42,688 nucleotides of DNA from contig DATFEJ010000131.1 of assembly GCA_035251235.1 (NCBI GenBank), positions 1-42,688 on the forward strand, given 5' to 3'. Positions 16,772-25,755 of the stretch are shown here, in pieces. The DNA comes from Burkholderiales bacterium (GTDB lineage Bacteria; Pseudomonadota; Gammaproteobacteria; Burkholderiales; SG8-39). Both the position numbers and the translations under genes were made by a program. The notes below the pieces were generated by a model, which worked only from the letters and a program-made list of their open reading frames with translations, ran no database searches and was not told where the DNA came from. How positions within the stretch are numbered: position 1 is the first letter of the stretch; every line of letters begins with the position of its first letter.

Positions 16772-18118
16772 ATGCGCCGTCGTGCCAGAGAAGTCGTATT
16801 GTTGTTGCTCGTCGCCTTGTCGATGGCGATGAGCGGCCGCGTTGCCGCGCAGACTCCGCTCGAAGAAGTTCTCGCCAGGGCGGCCGCGCTGACTGCCGCG
16901 GGCCAGCACACCGAGGCCTACGCGCTGCTTTCCGCGGAAGAGGACACTCATATCGGCGAGATCAAGTTCGACTACGTGCTCGGGCGCGCGGCGCTTTTCG
17001 CCGGGCGCCCGGATCGGGCGACGATCGCGTTCGAGCGCGTGCTGGCGCTCGATCCGGGCCATGCCGGCGCGCGCATCGACATGGGGCGCGCGTACCTCGC
17101 GCTCGGCAACCTGGCGCAGGCGGAAGTCGCGTTCCAGGCGCTGCTCGACATGGATCCGCCGCCAGCGTTGCGCGCGCAGTTGCTCATCTACCTCGGCGAA
17201 GCACGCGCGGACCGAAAGCGCAAGGTGGCTGCCCGGGGCTACCTGAGCGTGTTTGCCGGCGCGAGCTCCAACGTCAATCAGGCGCCCGGCCAGGGACAGT
17301 TCTTCGTGCCGGGATTGCTCGCGGTGCTGCAGCTCGCTGACCAGAACATCGCCAAGGACGACACGTTCGCGGGGATCGGTGGCGGCGTCGAGGCGGCGAG
17401 GCCGCTGAGCGGACGTTACTCGCTGATCGCGGCCGCCGAGTTTCTCGCCCGCCAGAACACGCACTATTCCGACTTCGACGTGGGCGGAATCTGGGGAAGC
17501 ATGGGCATTGCGCATACGGGCGACCTGCACGTGGTGCGCGCGCAGTTGCAGCTCGTGAATGGCACGCTGGGTGGAGACACGAGCCGCAGGGTCGAGGCGG
17601 TAAGCGTCGACGTGACGGAGACGTCCGCGGCTGACGGCTCGCTGGGCTGGATGTTCGCCTTTGCGCACGCCGGCCGGACCCGGCATCCGCCGGCCGACCT
17701 GCAGATTTTCGATGCCGACTTCCTTACTGTCGGCATCGGTGCAAACCTGAAATTTGACGAGAAATCGACAGCGAGTGTCGCCTTCCTGGCGGGTGGCGAC
17801 AACGACCAGGGCGGAAATCCGAGCGGCGACCGTTTCGGGATCGGATTTCGCCTTGCAGGCGAAAGGGTTATTGCGCCTGGATGGCGATTGTTCGGCTTGC
17901 TTGGAGCGTTGAATTCGCGCTACGACGGGTTTGACCCGTCCTTCCTCGTGTATCGCGAGGACCGGCGCTGGGATCTGGAACTCATTGTTCGGCATGACCT
18001 TTCCAGGGACCTTGAACTGCGTGTCGGGGCCATACGCACGGTCCAGGATTCGAACGTCCCGATCTATGAATACACGCGGACGGACTGGTCGATCGGCCTG
18101 CGGTACCAGTTCAACTGA
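16772..18118 (+). CDS. TPR + DUF560-like 14-strand outer-membrane barrel (Slam / type XI secretion system-like outer membrane protein)
   Basis: The signal peptide is ...SGRVAA/QTP. About 130 aa of TPR repeats follow (AGQHTEAYALL..., LDPGHAGARIDMGRAYLALGNLAQAEVAFQALL). The barrel opens with GYLSVFAGASSNVNQAP and ends ...RTDWSIGLRYQFN. Length and architecture match Slam/NilB-type proteins. Confidence 0.65.
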   Translation: MRRRAREVVLLLLVALSMAMSGRVAAQTPLEEVLARAAALTAAGQHTEAYALLSAEEDTHIGEIKFDYVLGRAALFAGRPDRATIAFERVLALDPGHAGARIDMGRAYLALGNLAQAEVAFQALLDMDPPPALRAQLLIYLGEARADRKRKVAARGYLSVFAGASSNVNQAPGQGQFFVPGLLAVLQLADQNIAKDDTFAGIGGGVEAARPLSGRYSLIAAAEFLARQNTHYSDFDVGGIWGSMGIAHTGDLHVVRAQLQLVNGTLGGDTSRRVEAVSVDVTETSAADGSLGWMFAFAHAGRTRHPPADLQIFDADFLTVGIGANLKFDEKSTASVAFLAGGDNDQGGNPSGDRFGIGFRLAGERVIAPGWRLFGLLGALNSRYDGFDPSFLVYREDRRWDLELIVRHDLSRDLELRVGAIRTVQDSNVPIYEYTRTDWSIGLRYQFN

Positions 18119-18227
18119 GGGTGGGTCAGAATTTGTCAGGGCGAGGTACCCTGGGGCTGTCCACAGGCCTGATAGTTGCTGCATTGTTCATGCGACGTCA
18201 GCCAATCCAATTGCGGGTGGAGGCTAT

Positions 18228-19634
18228 ATGAGAAAAGGTCTCATCTTTCTAGGTCTGGTGGTCGGTGCCGCGGGCGCTGGCCAAGCGCTTGCGCAAACCG
18301 CGGGCGTCATCCAGTTCGCTGCTGGCGCGGTCAAGGTCGTGGCGCCTGGCGGCGCCGAGCGCGAGGCCCGCAAGGGCGTGGCGGTCAACGTGGGCGATAC
18401 CCTGACGACGCCCGCCGGCGGCCTTGCCCAACTGAAAATGGGCGACGGCGCGATCGTCGTCGTGCAGCCCGAGTCCCGCCTGACCGTGGCCGAGTTCCAC
18501 TATGCCGGCGTCGAAGACGGCAACGAGAAGGTGCGCTATCGCCTCGAGCATGGCGGCTTCCGCGCGGTGACCGGCGCCATCGGCCGCACCCACAAGAAGA
18601 ACTACCTGATCGAAACGCCGATCGCCCACATGGGCGTGCGCGGCACCGACCACGAGTCCTATTACTTCCCGGCCACCGGGCCGGTGAGCGGCGATGGCGT
18701 GAAGCCCGGCGCCTTCAACAAGGTGAACACTGGCAGGACCTACCTGCGCACGCAAGCGGGCGAAGTCGAGATCGAGCCGAACCAGGTGGGCTTCGTCGCC
18801 AGCGCCGGCGAGGTGCCCACGATCCTGCCGAGCGTCCCGGAGTTCTTCAATCGCTCCATCGCCCCGCGCAACGCGGGTCGCTCGCCGAAGCACATCCCGG
18901 ATGCTGCCGAATTGGCGCTCGTGGAGCGGGCGCCCGATGAAAGTTTGGCCAACGAGGTTCGGCTTCTTCGCACGCGTGGACCGAGAGTCACGCCAGGAAG
19001 CGGAGAAGGCCCGCTGGTCGCTTTCTCGAAGCAGGTGGGGAAAGATGGGGGCTTCGGCGAATCCGGCAATGGCGTGACGGTTGAAGTGCACGACGCGCAG
19101 TCGACCACGGGCAGCTTCGGAACCGCCATCAACTGGACGACCTGGTCCGGCGGAGAGGTGAAAGTCGGCGGTGTGAAGACGGCCGGTGCGACGCAGGTCA
19201 TCTCGACGACGGACAAGACGGACCTCCTCGCGGCACTGCCGGCGCTCCCCGTCAGCGCGACGTATTCGTACAGCGGCGTCGGTCCGGCTCCGACCAACCA
19301 GGCGGGCACGTCGGGCGTGATCAATTCGCTGAACGTGGGCGTCAGTTTCAGTACCCAGAAGATCACCAGCTACGACCTCAACGCAACGGCTGGCGGAACC
19401 ACCTGGAATTCGAGCTTGAACACCACGGCCCCGCACTCGATCACGAATTTCACCGATGCTGGGGGGATCCGCTTGACCGGGACCTGCACCACGTGTGGGG
19501 GCACGACCGCCGGTACCGCGCACGGCACCTTCGTTGGCTCGCAGGCGGAGAACCTGATCACCACTTTCGGCTTGAGCGGCTCTGCAAGCCAGTCTCTGAA
19601 CGGAGCGGCGGTCCTCAGCCGCCCGCTGCCGTAA
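18228..19634 (+). CDS. Secreted FecR-domain protein with C-terminal TbpB-like (Slam/T11SS cargo-type) beta-barrel domain
   Basis: GGAGG lies 4 nt upstream of the ATG. The Sec signal ends ...AGQALA/QTAG and has no lipobox Cys. The FecR domain spans aa 26-145 (VKVV..G..R.A.KG..VNVGDTLTTPAGGLAQLKMGDGAIVVVQPESRL...IETPIAHMGVRGTDH). The C-terminus spans aa 296-466 (W..W...ALPVSATYSYSGVG...INSLNVGVSFSTQKITSYDL...GTAHGTFVGSQAENLITTFGLSG...LNGAAVLSR). Confidence 0.7.
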   Translation: MRKGLIFLGLVVGAAGAGQALAQTAGVIQFAAGAVKVVAPGGAEREARKGVAVNVGDTLTTPAGGLAQLKMGDGAIVVVQPESRLTVAEFHYAGVEDGNEKVRYRLEHGGFRAVTGAIGRTHKKNYLIETPIAHMGVRGTDHESYYFPATGPVSGDGVKPGAFNKVNTGRTYLRTQAGEVEIEPNQVGFVASAGEVPTILPSVPEFFNRSIAPRNAGRSPKHIPDAAELALVERAPDESLANEVRLLRTRGPRVTPGSGEGPLVAFSKQVGKDGGFGESGNGVTVEVHDAQSTTGSFGTAINWTTWSGGEVKVGGVKTAGATQVISTTDKTDLLAALPALPVSATYSYSGVGPAPTNQAGTSGVINSLNVGVSFSTQKITSYDLNATAGGTTWNSSLNTTAPHSITNFTDAGGIRLTGTCTTCGGTTAGTAHGTFVGSQAENLITTFGLSGSASQSLNGAAVLSRPLP

Positions 19635-19645
19635 GACGCAACCCC

Positions 19646-20086
19646 GTGGCCGCCACCCCAGACCGCCGCAACGTCCTGATCGTCGACGATCACGAGCCGA
19701 CGCGGCTCCTGATCGGCCGCATCGTGACGCAGGAAATGGGCGCGCGTGTCATGCTGGCCGGCACCTGCGAGGAGGCGCTGCACCTCGCGCTGCAGACGAA
19801 GTACGACATCATCCTGCTCGACCTGCTCATGCCCGGCATCGGCGGATATGAGGTGCTGCGGCGCCTGCGCGCCGAGGGCGCCAACCGCGCGACGCCGATC
19901 CTGGTCGTGTCGGTGATGTCGGACCATGACTCGATCGAGCGCTGCCGGCTGCTCGGCGCGACGGCCTTCGTCGCCAAGCCGGTGGACCGCGAGCTGGTGA
20001 CGACCATGCTGCGCAGCCTGCTCGCGCCCAAGCACGCGGACGCGCAGCCGGCGAAACGTACCGACCTGCGGGACAACGGCAACTAG
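19646..20086 (+). CDS. Single-domain response regulator (CheY-like receiver, no output domain)
   Basis: NVLIVDDHEPTRLL...DIILLDLLMPGIGG...PILVVSVMSD...AFVAKP gives a full receiver with acidic pocket, phospho-Asp, Ser/Thr and Lys. I chose the GTG start 11 nt after the upstream stop; it has no clear SD. Confidence 0.8.
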   Translation: MAATPDRRNVLIVDDHEPTRLLIGRIVTQEMGARVMLAGTCEEALHLALQTKYDIILLDLLMPGIGGYEVLRRLRAEGANRATPILVVSVMSDHDSIERCRLLGATAFVAKPVDRELVTTMLRSLLAPKHADAQPAKRTDLRDNGN

Positions 20087-20108
20087 CGTAGCCCGGGAGT
20101 TTCTGGGC

Positions 20109-20133
20109 GCGGAGCTTCTCGGGTAAGCTCCGC
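20109..20133 (+). other. 9-bp perfect stem-loop (GCGGAGCTT-7 nt-AAGCTCCGC) ending 3 nt before the next ATG
   Basis: The inverted repeat is read directly from the sequence. No U-tract follows. Confidence 0.3.
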
Positions 20134-20136
20134 GGC

Positions 20137-21207
20137 ATGTTCGAGCAGTTCATCGGCGTCAAGCCGGTCGAGGAACGGCACCGCTTCGACGCCGGCCGAC
20201 TGGCGCTTTACCTGCGCGGCAAGATCGAGGACTGGCGCGGCGACCTGACCGTCGAGCAGTTCAAGGGCGGCCAGTCCAACCCCACCTACCGCATCACCGC
20301 AGGCGGCAAGCGCTATGCGCTGCGCCGCAAGCCGCCCGGCAAGCTCCTGCCTTCGGCGCACGCCGTCGAGCGCGAGTACAAGGTGATCAAGGCGCTCCAC
20401 GGCGTAGGCTTTCCTGTGGCCAGGCCCTGGGTGCTGTGCGAGGACGAGTCGGTCATCGGCACTGCCTTCTACGTCATGGACTGCGTCGAGGGGCGCGTGC
20501 TGTGGGACCAGGCGCTGCCCGGCATGACGCAGTCCGAGCGCGGCGCGATCTGGGACGAGCTCAATCGCGTCATCGCGCAGCTGCACGGCATCGATTACCG
20601 GGCCGTCGGCCTGGGGGATTTTGGCAAGCCCGGGGACTACATCGCGCGCCAGGTCTCGCGCTGGACCAAGCAGTACCAGGCCTCCGAGCTGGAAAGGATC
20701 GACGAGATGGACCGCCTGATCGAGTGGCTGCCGAACAACATCCCGGCGGGCGACGAGACCTCGGTGGTGCACGGCGACTTCCGCCTGGACAACACCATAT
20801 TCCATCCCGCCGAGCCGAGAATCCTCGCCGTGCTCGACTGGGAGCTGTCCACGCTCGGGCACCCGCTCGCCGATTTCGCCTATCACTGCATGAGCTGGCA
20901 CATCGCGCCGGGCAAGTTCCGCGGCATCGCCGGCCTCGACCTGGCGGCGCTCGGCATCCCGAGCGAGCGCGAGTACGTCGAACGCTACTGCAAGCGCACG
21001 GGGCGCAAGGGCATCGACCCTTCGACCTGGGACTACTACATGGCTTATAACCTCTTCCGCATCGCCGCGATCACGCAGGGCATCGCCAGGCGCGTGGTGG
21101 ACGGCACGGCGGCGAGCGAGTACGCGCGCGAGGCCGGCTCGCGCACGCGGCCGCTGGCCGAGCTGGGCTGGGCGCAGGTGCAGAGAATTCTCAAGAGAGC
21201 TGCCTAG
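20137..21207 (+). CDS. Phosphotransferase (APH/ChoK-like kinase) family protein, ACAD10/11 N-domain- and LvaA-like
   Basis: GGQSNPTYRI..G..YALRRKP is the nucleotide-binding region. VVHGDFRLDNTIF is the catalytic loop and LDWELSTLGHPLADF is the DxE/D motif. Confidence 0.88.
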   Translation: MFEQFIGVKPVEERHRFDAGRLALYLRGKIEDWRGDLTVEQFKGGQSNPTYRITAGGKRYALRRKPPGKLLPSAHAVEREYKVIKALHGVGFPVARPWVLCEDESVIGTAFYVMDCVEGRVLWDQALPGMTQSERGAIWDELNRVIAQLHGIDYRAVGLGDFGKPGDYIARQVSRWTKQYQASELERIDEMDRLIEWLPNNIPAGDETSVVHGDFRLDNTIFHPAEPRILAVLDWELSTLGHPLADFAYHCMSWHIAPGKFRGIAGLDLAALGIPSEREYVERYCKRTGRKGIDPSTWDYYMAYNLFRIAAITQGIARRVVDGTAASEYAREAGSRTRPLAELGWAQVQRILKRAA

Positions 21208-21216
21208 GAGAAGCGC

Positions 21217-22458
<1,242 letters not shown>

Positions 22459-22459
22459 C

Positions 22460-23230
22460 ATGGAGCTGAAGGGCAAGGTGGCGGTCGTCACCGGCGCGGC
22501 GAGCGGCATCGGGCGCGCCGCGGCGCTGCGCTTTGCCGCCGAAGGCGCGGCCGGCCTGGTGCTCGGCGACCTGAACGCGGAGGCCCTGCGCGCCGTGGCG
22601 GCCGAGGTGAAGGGCCTGGGCGTGCCCTGCGACGTGAGCAAGGAAGCCGACATCGGCCGGCTGGTCGGCGAGGCCGAGAGCGAGTACGGTCGCGTCGACG
22701 TCTACTTCTCCAACGCGGGCGTCATCAGCCGTGGCGGGCTGGAGTCGAGCGACGCCGAGTGGGAGCGCAACTGGAAGATCCACGTCATGGCGCACGTCTG
22801 GGCGGCGCGCGCCGTGGTGGAGAAGATGGTGGCGCGCGGTGGCGGCTACTTCCTGGTCACCGCGTCCGCGGCCGGCCTGCTCAACATCGTCGAATCCCTG
22901 ACTTACGGCGTGACCAAGCATGGCGCCGTGGCCTTCGCCGAGTGGCTGGCGATCGCCTACGGACGGCGGGGCTTGCACGTGTCGTGCCTGTGCCCGCAGG
23001 CGGTGATGACCGGCATGTACACGGGCGGCGGCGGCTCGGCGGGCGTGGACGGCGCGCTCAGCGCGGAGCAGGTGGCCGAGGAGATCGTGAAGGCGATGGC
23101 CGCGGAGACGTTCCTCATCCTGCCGCACCCGACCGTGCTGCAGTACATGCGCAACAAGACCGCCGACTACGACCGCTGGATCGGCGGCATGCAGAAGCTC
23201 TTCGCAAAGCACCAGGGAGGCAACACGTGA
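22460..23230 (+). CDS. Short-chain dehydrogenase/reductase
   Basis: It has VVTGAASGIGRA, NAG and Y..TKHGAV (YxxxK). It starts 1 nt after the ACAD stop. Confidence 0.88.
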   Translation: MELKGKVAVVTGAASGIGRAAALRFAAEGAAGLVLGDLNAEALRAVAAEVKGLGVPCDVSKEADIGRLVGEAESEYGRVDVYFSNAGVISRGGLESSDAEWERNWKIHVMAHVWAARAVVEKMVARGGGYFLVTASAAGLLNIVESLTYGVTKHGAVAFAEWLAIAYGRRGLHVSCLCPQAVMTGMYTGGGGSAGVDGALSAEQVAEEIVKAMAAETFLILPHPTVLQYMRNKTADYDRWIGGMQKLFAKHQGGNT

Positions 23231-23868
23231 TCAAGCTGTGCGGGTTCCGGATCAGCAACTACCACAACAAAGTGCGCATCGCCTTGCTGGAGAAGGGCAT
23301 CCCGCACGAGGAGAACGAGAGTGTCAAGCCGTCGCAGGAAGACACCCACCTGGAGAAGAGCCCGATGGGCAAGGTGCCTTACCTCGAGGTCGACGGCGAG
23401 TGCCTGCGCGAATCCGCGGTGATCATGGAGTACCTGGAGGAGGCGTATCCGGCCAAGCCGCTGCTGCCCCGCGATCCGCTGGCACGCGCGAAAGTGCGCG
23501 AGCTCAATACGTTCATCGAGCTGCACCTGGAGCTCGTAGTGCGGCCTCTGTACCGGCACCTCGGCGGCAAGCCCGTGCCGGATGAACTGCGCCAGCGCGT
23601 GGAGAAGGACGTCGCCAAGGGTGTGCGCTCGCTGAAGGCGGTGGCGAAGTTCGAGCCGTTCATCGCCGGCAAGGAATTGACGATCGCCGACTGCGCCGCG
23701 TTCGTGCACCTGCCGCTCGTCACGCTGGTGACGAAGAATTTCCTCGGCCGCGACTACCTCGAGGATATTCCGCAGGTCAAGCCGTATCTCAAGATGCTGG
23801 GCGAGCGCCCGGCGTTTGCCCAGGTGAACGAGGACCGCAAGGCGGCGAGCGCCGCCGCGAAGAAGTGA
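23227..23868 (+). CDS. Glutathione S-transferase family protein
   Basis: The GTG start overlaps the SDR stop (GTGA). It reads IKLCGFRISNYHNKVRIALLEKGIPHE...GKVPYLEVDG..L.ES.VIMEYLEE, followed by a C-terminal alpha domain. Confidence 0.85.
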   Translation: MIKLCGFRISNYHNKVRIALLEKGIPHEENESVKPSQEDTHLEKSPMGKVPYLEVDGECLRESAVIMEYLEEAYPAKPLLPRDPLARAKVRELNTFIELHLELVVRPLYRHLGGKPVPDELRQRVEKDVAKGVRSLKAVAKFEPFIAGKELTIADCAAFVHLPLVTLVTKNFLGRDYLEDIPQVKPYLKMLGERPAFAQVNEDRKAASAAAKK

Positions 23869-24494
23869 GCAGCGCCGCCGACTACCTGCGCTTTTTCGTC
23901 ACGCTGACCGCGGTCGTCGATCCCTTCCTCGCGGTCCCCTTCTTCCTCAGCTTCACCGCCTCCCGCAGCGAGGCCGAGCGGCGGCGCCTCGCGCAGGTGG
24001 TGGCGTTCATCGTGTTCGTCGTGCTCGCGGTGGCCGTGTTCGTCGGCGAGGCGCTGTTGCACTTCATTGGCGCGAGCCTGCCGGCGTTCCGCGTCGGCGG
24101 CGGCCTCGTGCTGCTGCTCATGGCGCTCGCCATGCTCAACGCACAGGCGGGCGGCGTGCGCCAGTCGCAGGCCGAGGCGCGCGAGATGCAGGAGGGCGAG
24201 CTGCAGGGCGTCGTGCCGCTCGCCATGCCGCTGCTCGCCGGCCCCGGCGCCATCAGCACCGCCATCATCGCGGCGGAGGGCGGCAGCCCCGCACACCAGG
24301 CGATGATCGTGCTGTGCATCGCGGCGGTGTGCGTGCTGTCGTGGATCACGCTGCGTGCGGCGCACCGCATTGCGGCGCGCATGGGCACCACGGGGCTGAA
24401 TGTGGCAACGAGGATCCTCGGGCTGCTGCTGGCCGCCATGGCGGTGCAGACCATGGCGGTGGGGCTGAAGCAGCTGTTTCCGGGGCTGGGCTAG
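23865..24494 (+). CDS. marC: MarC family (NAAT) integral membrane protein
   Basis: The GTG start overlaps the GST stop. It has six hydrophobic helices, with FFVTLTAVVDPF...VPLAMPLLAGPGAIST, typical of MarC/UPF0056. Confidence 0.85.
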   Translation: MSSAADYLRFFVTLTAVVDPFLAVPFFLSFTASRSEAERRRLAQVVAFIVFVVLAVAVFVGEALLHFIGASLPAFRVGGGLVLLLMALAMLNAQAGGVRQSQAEAREMQEGELQGVVPLAMPLLAGPGAISTAIIAAEGGSPAHQAMIVLCIAAVCVLSWITLRAAHRIAARMGTTGLNVATRILGLLLAAMAVQTMAVGLKQLFPGLG

Positions 24495-24497
24495 GGG

Positions 24498-25346
24498 CTA
24501 TCGCCCTTGCAGCCAGTCGGCCGCATCGCGCCACAGGCTGTCCTTGAGCCGCTCGCGGAAGAACCCGAAGTGCCCAATCGGGCCGCCGCCGATGGCCGTC
24601 GCGTCAACGTGCTCGACTTTGCGTGGCGCGTTCGGGTAGAACCCGAGGAACGCGTCCACCGCTCGTGGCGGCGCATAAGCGTCGTCCGAGATGGCGTAGA
24701 TCCGTAGGGGAGCTGTGAACCGCGCATAGGCTTCCTGCGCCCCGAGCGCGCCGACGACGTACCCGGGATGCCGGCACCAGCGCGCCCACTCGGCGGCCAC
24801 GCCTCCCGGCAGGTCCTCGCCCTGCCCGATGACGCGCGCAGGGACGTAGCCCATCGACCACGACACGCCCGGCAACAGCAGGTGCGTCAGGAACCACATG
24901 CCGATCCTTCCCGCGCCGCTCCAGTGCTTCCAATAGCCGCTCTGCGCGCCCACGGTCATCGCCGCGACATAGCGCTCGTTGCCCGGCACGAGGCCGAACA
25001 CCTGCCCGCCGAAGCTGTGCCCGACGCCGATCAGGCGAGCGCCATTCGTGGCGCGGGCGAGGTAGTCGAGCGCGCCGGCGATGTCCTTGTCCGCCCAGTC
25101 GCGCATGCGCGCCTGAAAGCCGCGCAGCGACGGCGGGCGCGAGCGGCCGATGCCGCGATAGTCGAAGGTGAGCGCGGCAAAGCCGCGGCTGGCGAGGTAG
25201 GCGGCGAATTTGCCGTAGTACTCCTGCCGCACGCCCGTGGCCGCATGGATGAGGACGGCGCGGCGGTTCGGCGTGGCGGGGCGGTACAGCGCGCCCGCAA
25301 GCCGGTAGCCGTCGCGCGCGGGAAACTCGACTGCCGTGCCGCTCAC
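24498..25346 (-). CDS. Alpha/beta hydrolase
   Basis: It has the nucleophile elbow GHSFGG, HAATGV and an Asp/His region near the C-terminus. The GTG start overlaps the thioesterase stop (GTGA). Confidence 0.85.
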   Translation of the reverse strand: MSGTAVEFPARDGYRLAGALYRPATPNRRAVLIHAATGVRQEYYGKFAAYLASRGFAALTFDYRGIGRSRPPSLRGFQARMRDWADKDIAGALDYLARATNGARLIGVGHSFGGQVFGLVPGNERYVAAMTVGAQSGYWKHWSGAGRIGMWFLTHLLLPGVSWSMGYVPARVIGQGEDLPGGVAAEWARWCRHPGYVVGALGAQEAYARFTAPLRIYAISDDAYAPPRAVDAFLGFYPNAPRKVEHVDATAIGGGPIGHFGFFRERLKDSLWRDAADWLQGR

Positions 25347-25753
25347 TTCGGCACGGGGCGGGGCCGGCCGTTGGCGTCGATCGCCACGTAGGTCAGCGTC
25401 GCCTCGGTGACCTTGACGACGCGCGCGTCGGCGCGGCCGCGCTCGGCGAACACCTCGACGTTGACCGTGATGGACGTGTTGCCGATGCGCACGACGTCCG
25501 CGTACAGCGACAGGATGTCGCCGATCTGCACCGGCTGCTTGAAGACGAAGGAATTCACCGACACGGTGGCCACGCGCCCGCGCGCCACGCGCCCGGCCGC
25601 GGTGCCGCCGGCCACGTCGACCTGCGCCATGATCCAGCCGCCGAAGATGTCGCCGTTGTGGTTGGCGTCGGCCGGCATCGGCACGACGCGCAGCGCGGGG
25701 ATCTTGCCCTTGGGCAGCTTCAGGCCCGGGGGCTGGTGCGAGGCGCGGCCCAT
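25343..25753 (-). CDS. yciA: Acyl-CoA thioesterase (hotdog fold, YciA-like)
   Basis: It reads MPADANHNGDIFGGWIMAQVDVAG...VSVNSFVFKQPVQIGD. Confidence 0.85.
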   Translation of the reverse strand: MGRASHQPPGLKLPKGKIPALRVVPMPADANHNGDIFGGWIMAQVDVAGGTAAGRVARGRVATVSVNSFVFKQPVQIGDILSLYADVVRIGNTSITVNVEVFAERGRADARVVKVTEATLTYVAIDANGRPRPVPK

Positions 25754-25755
25754 GC

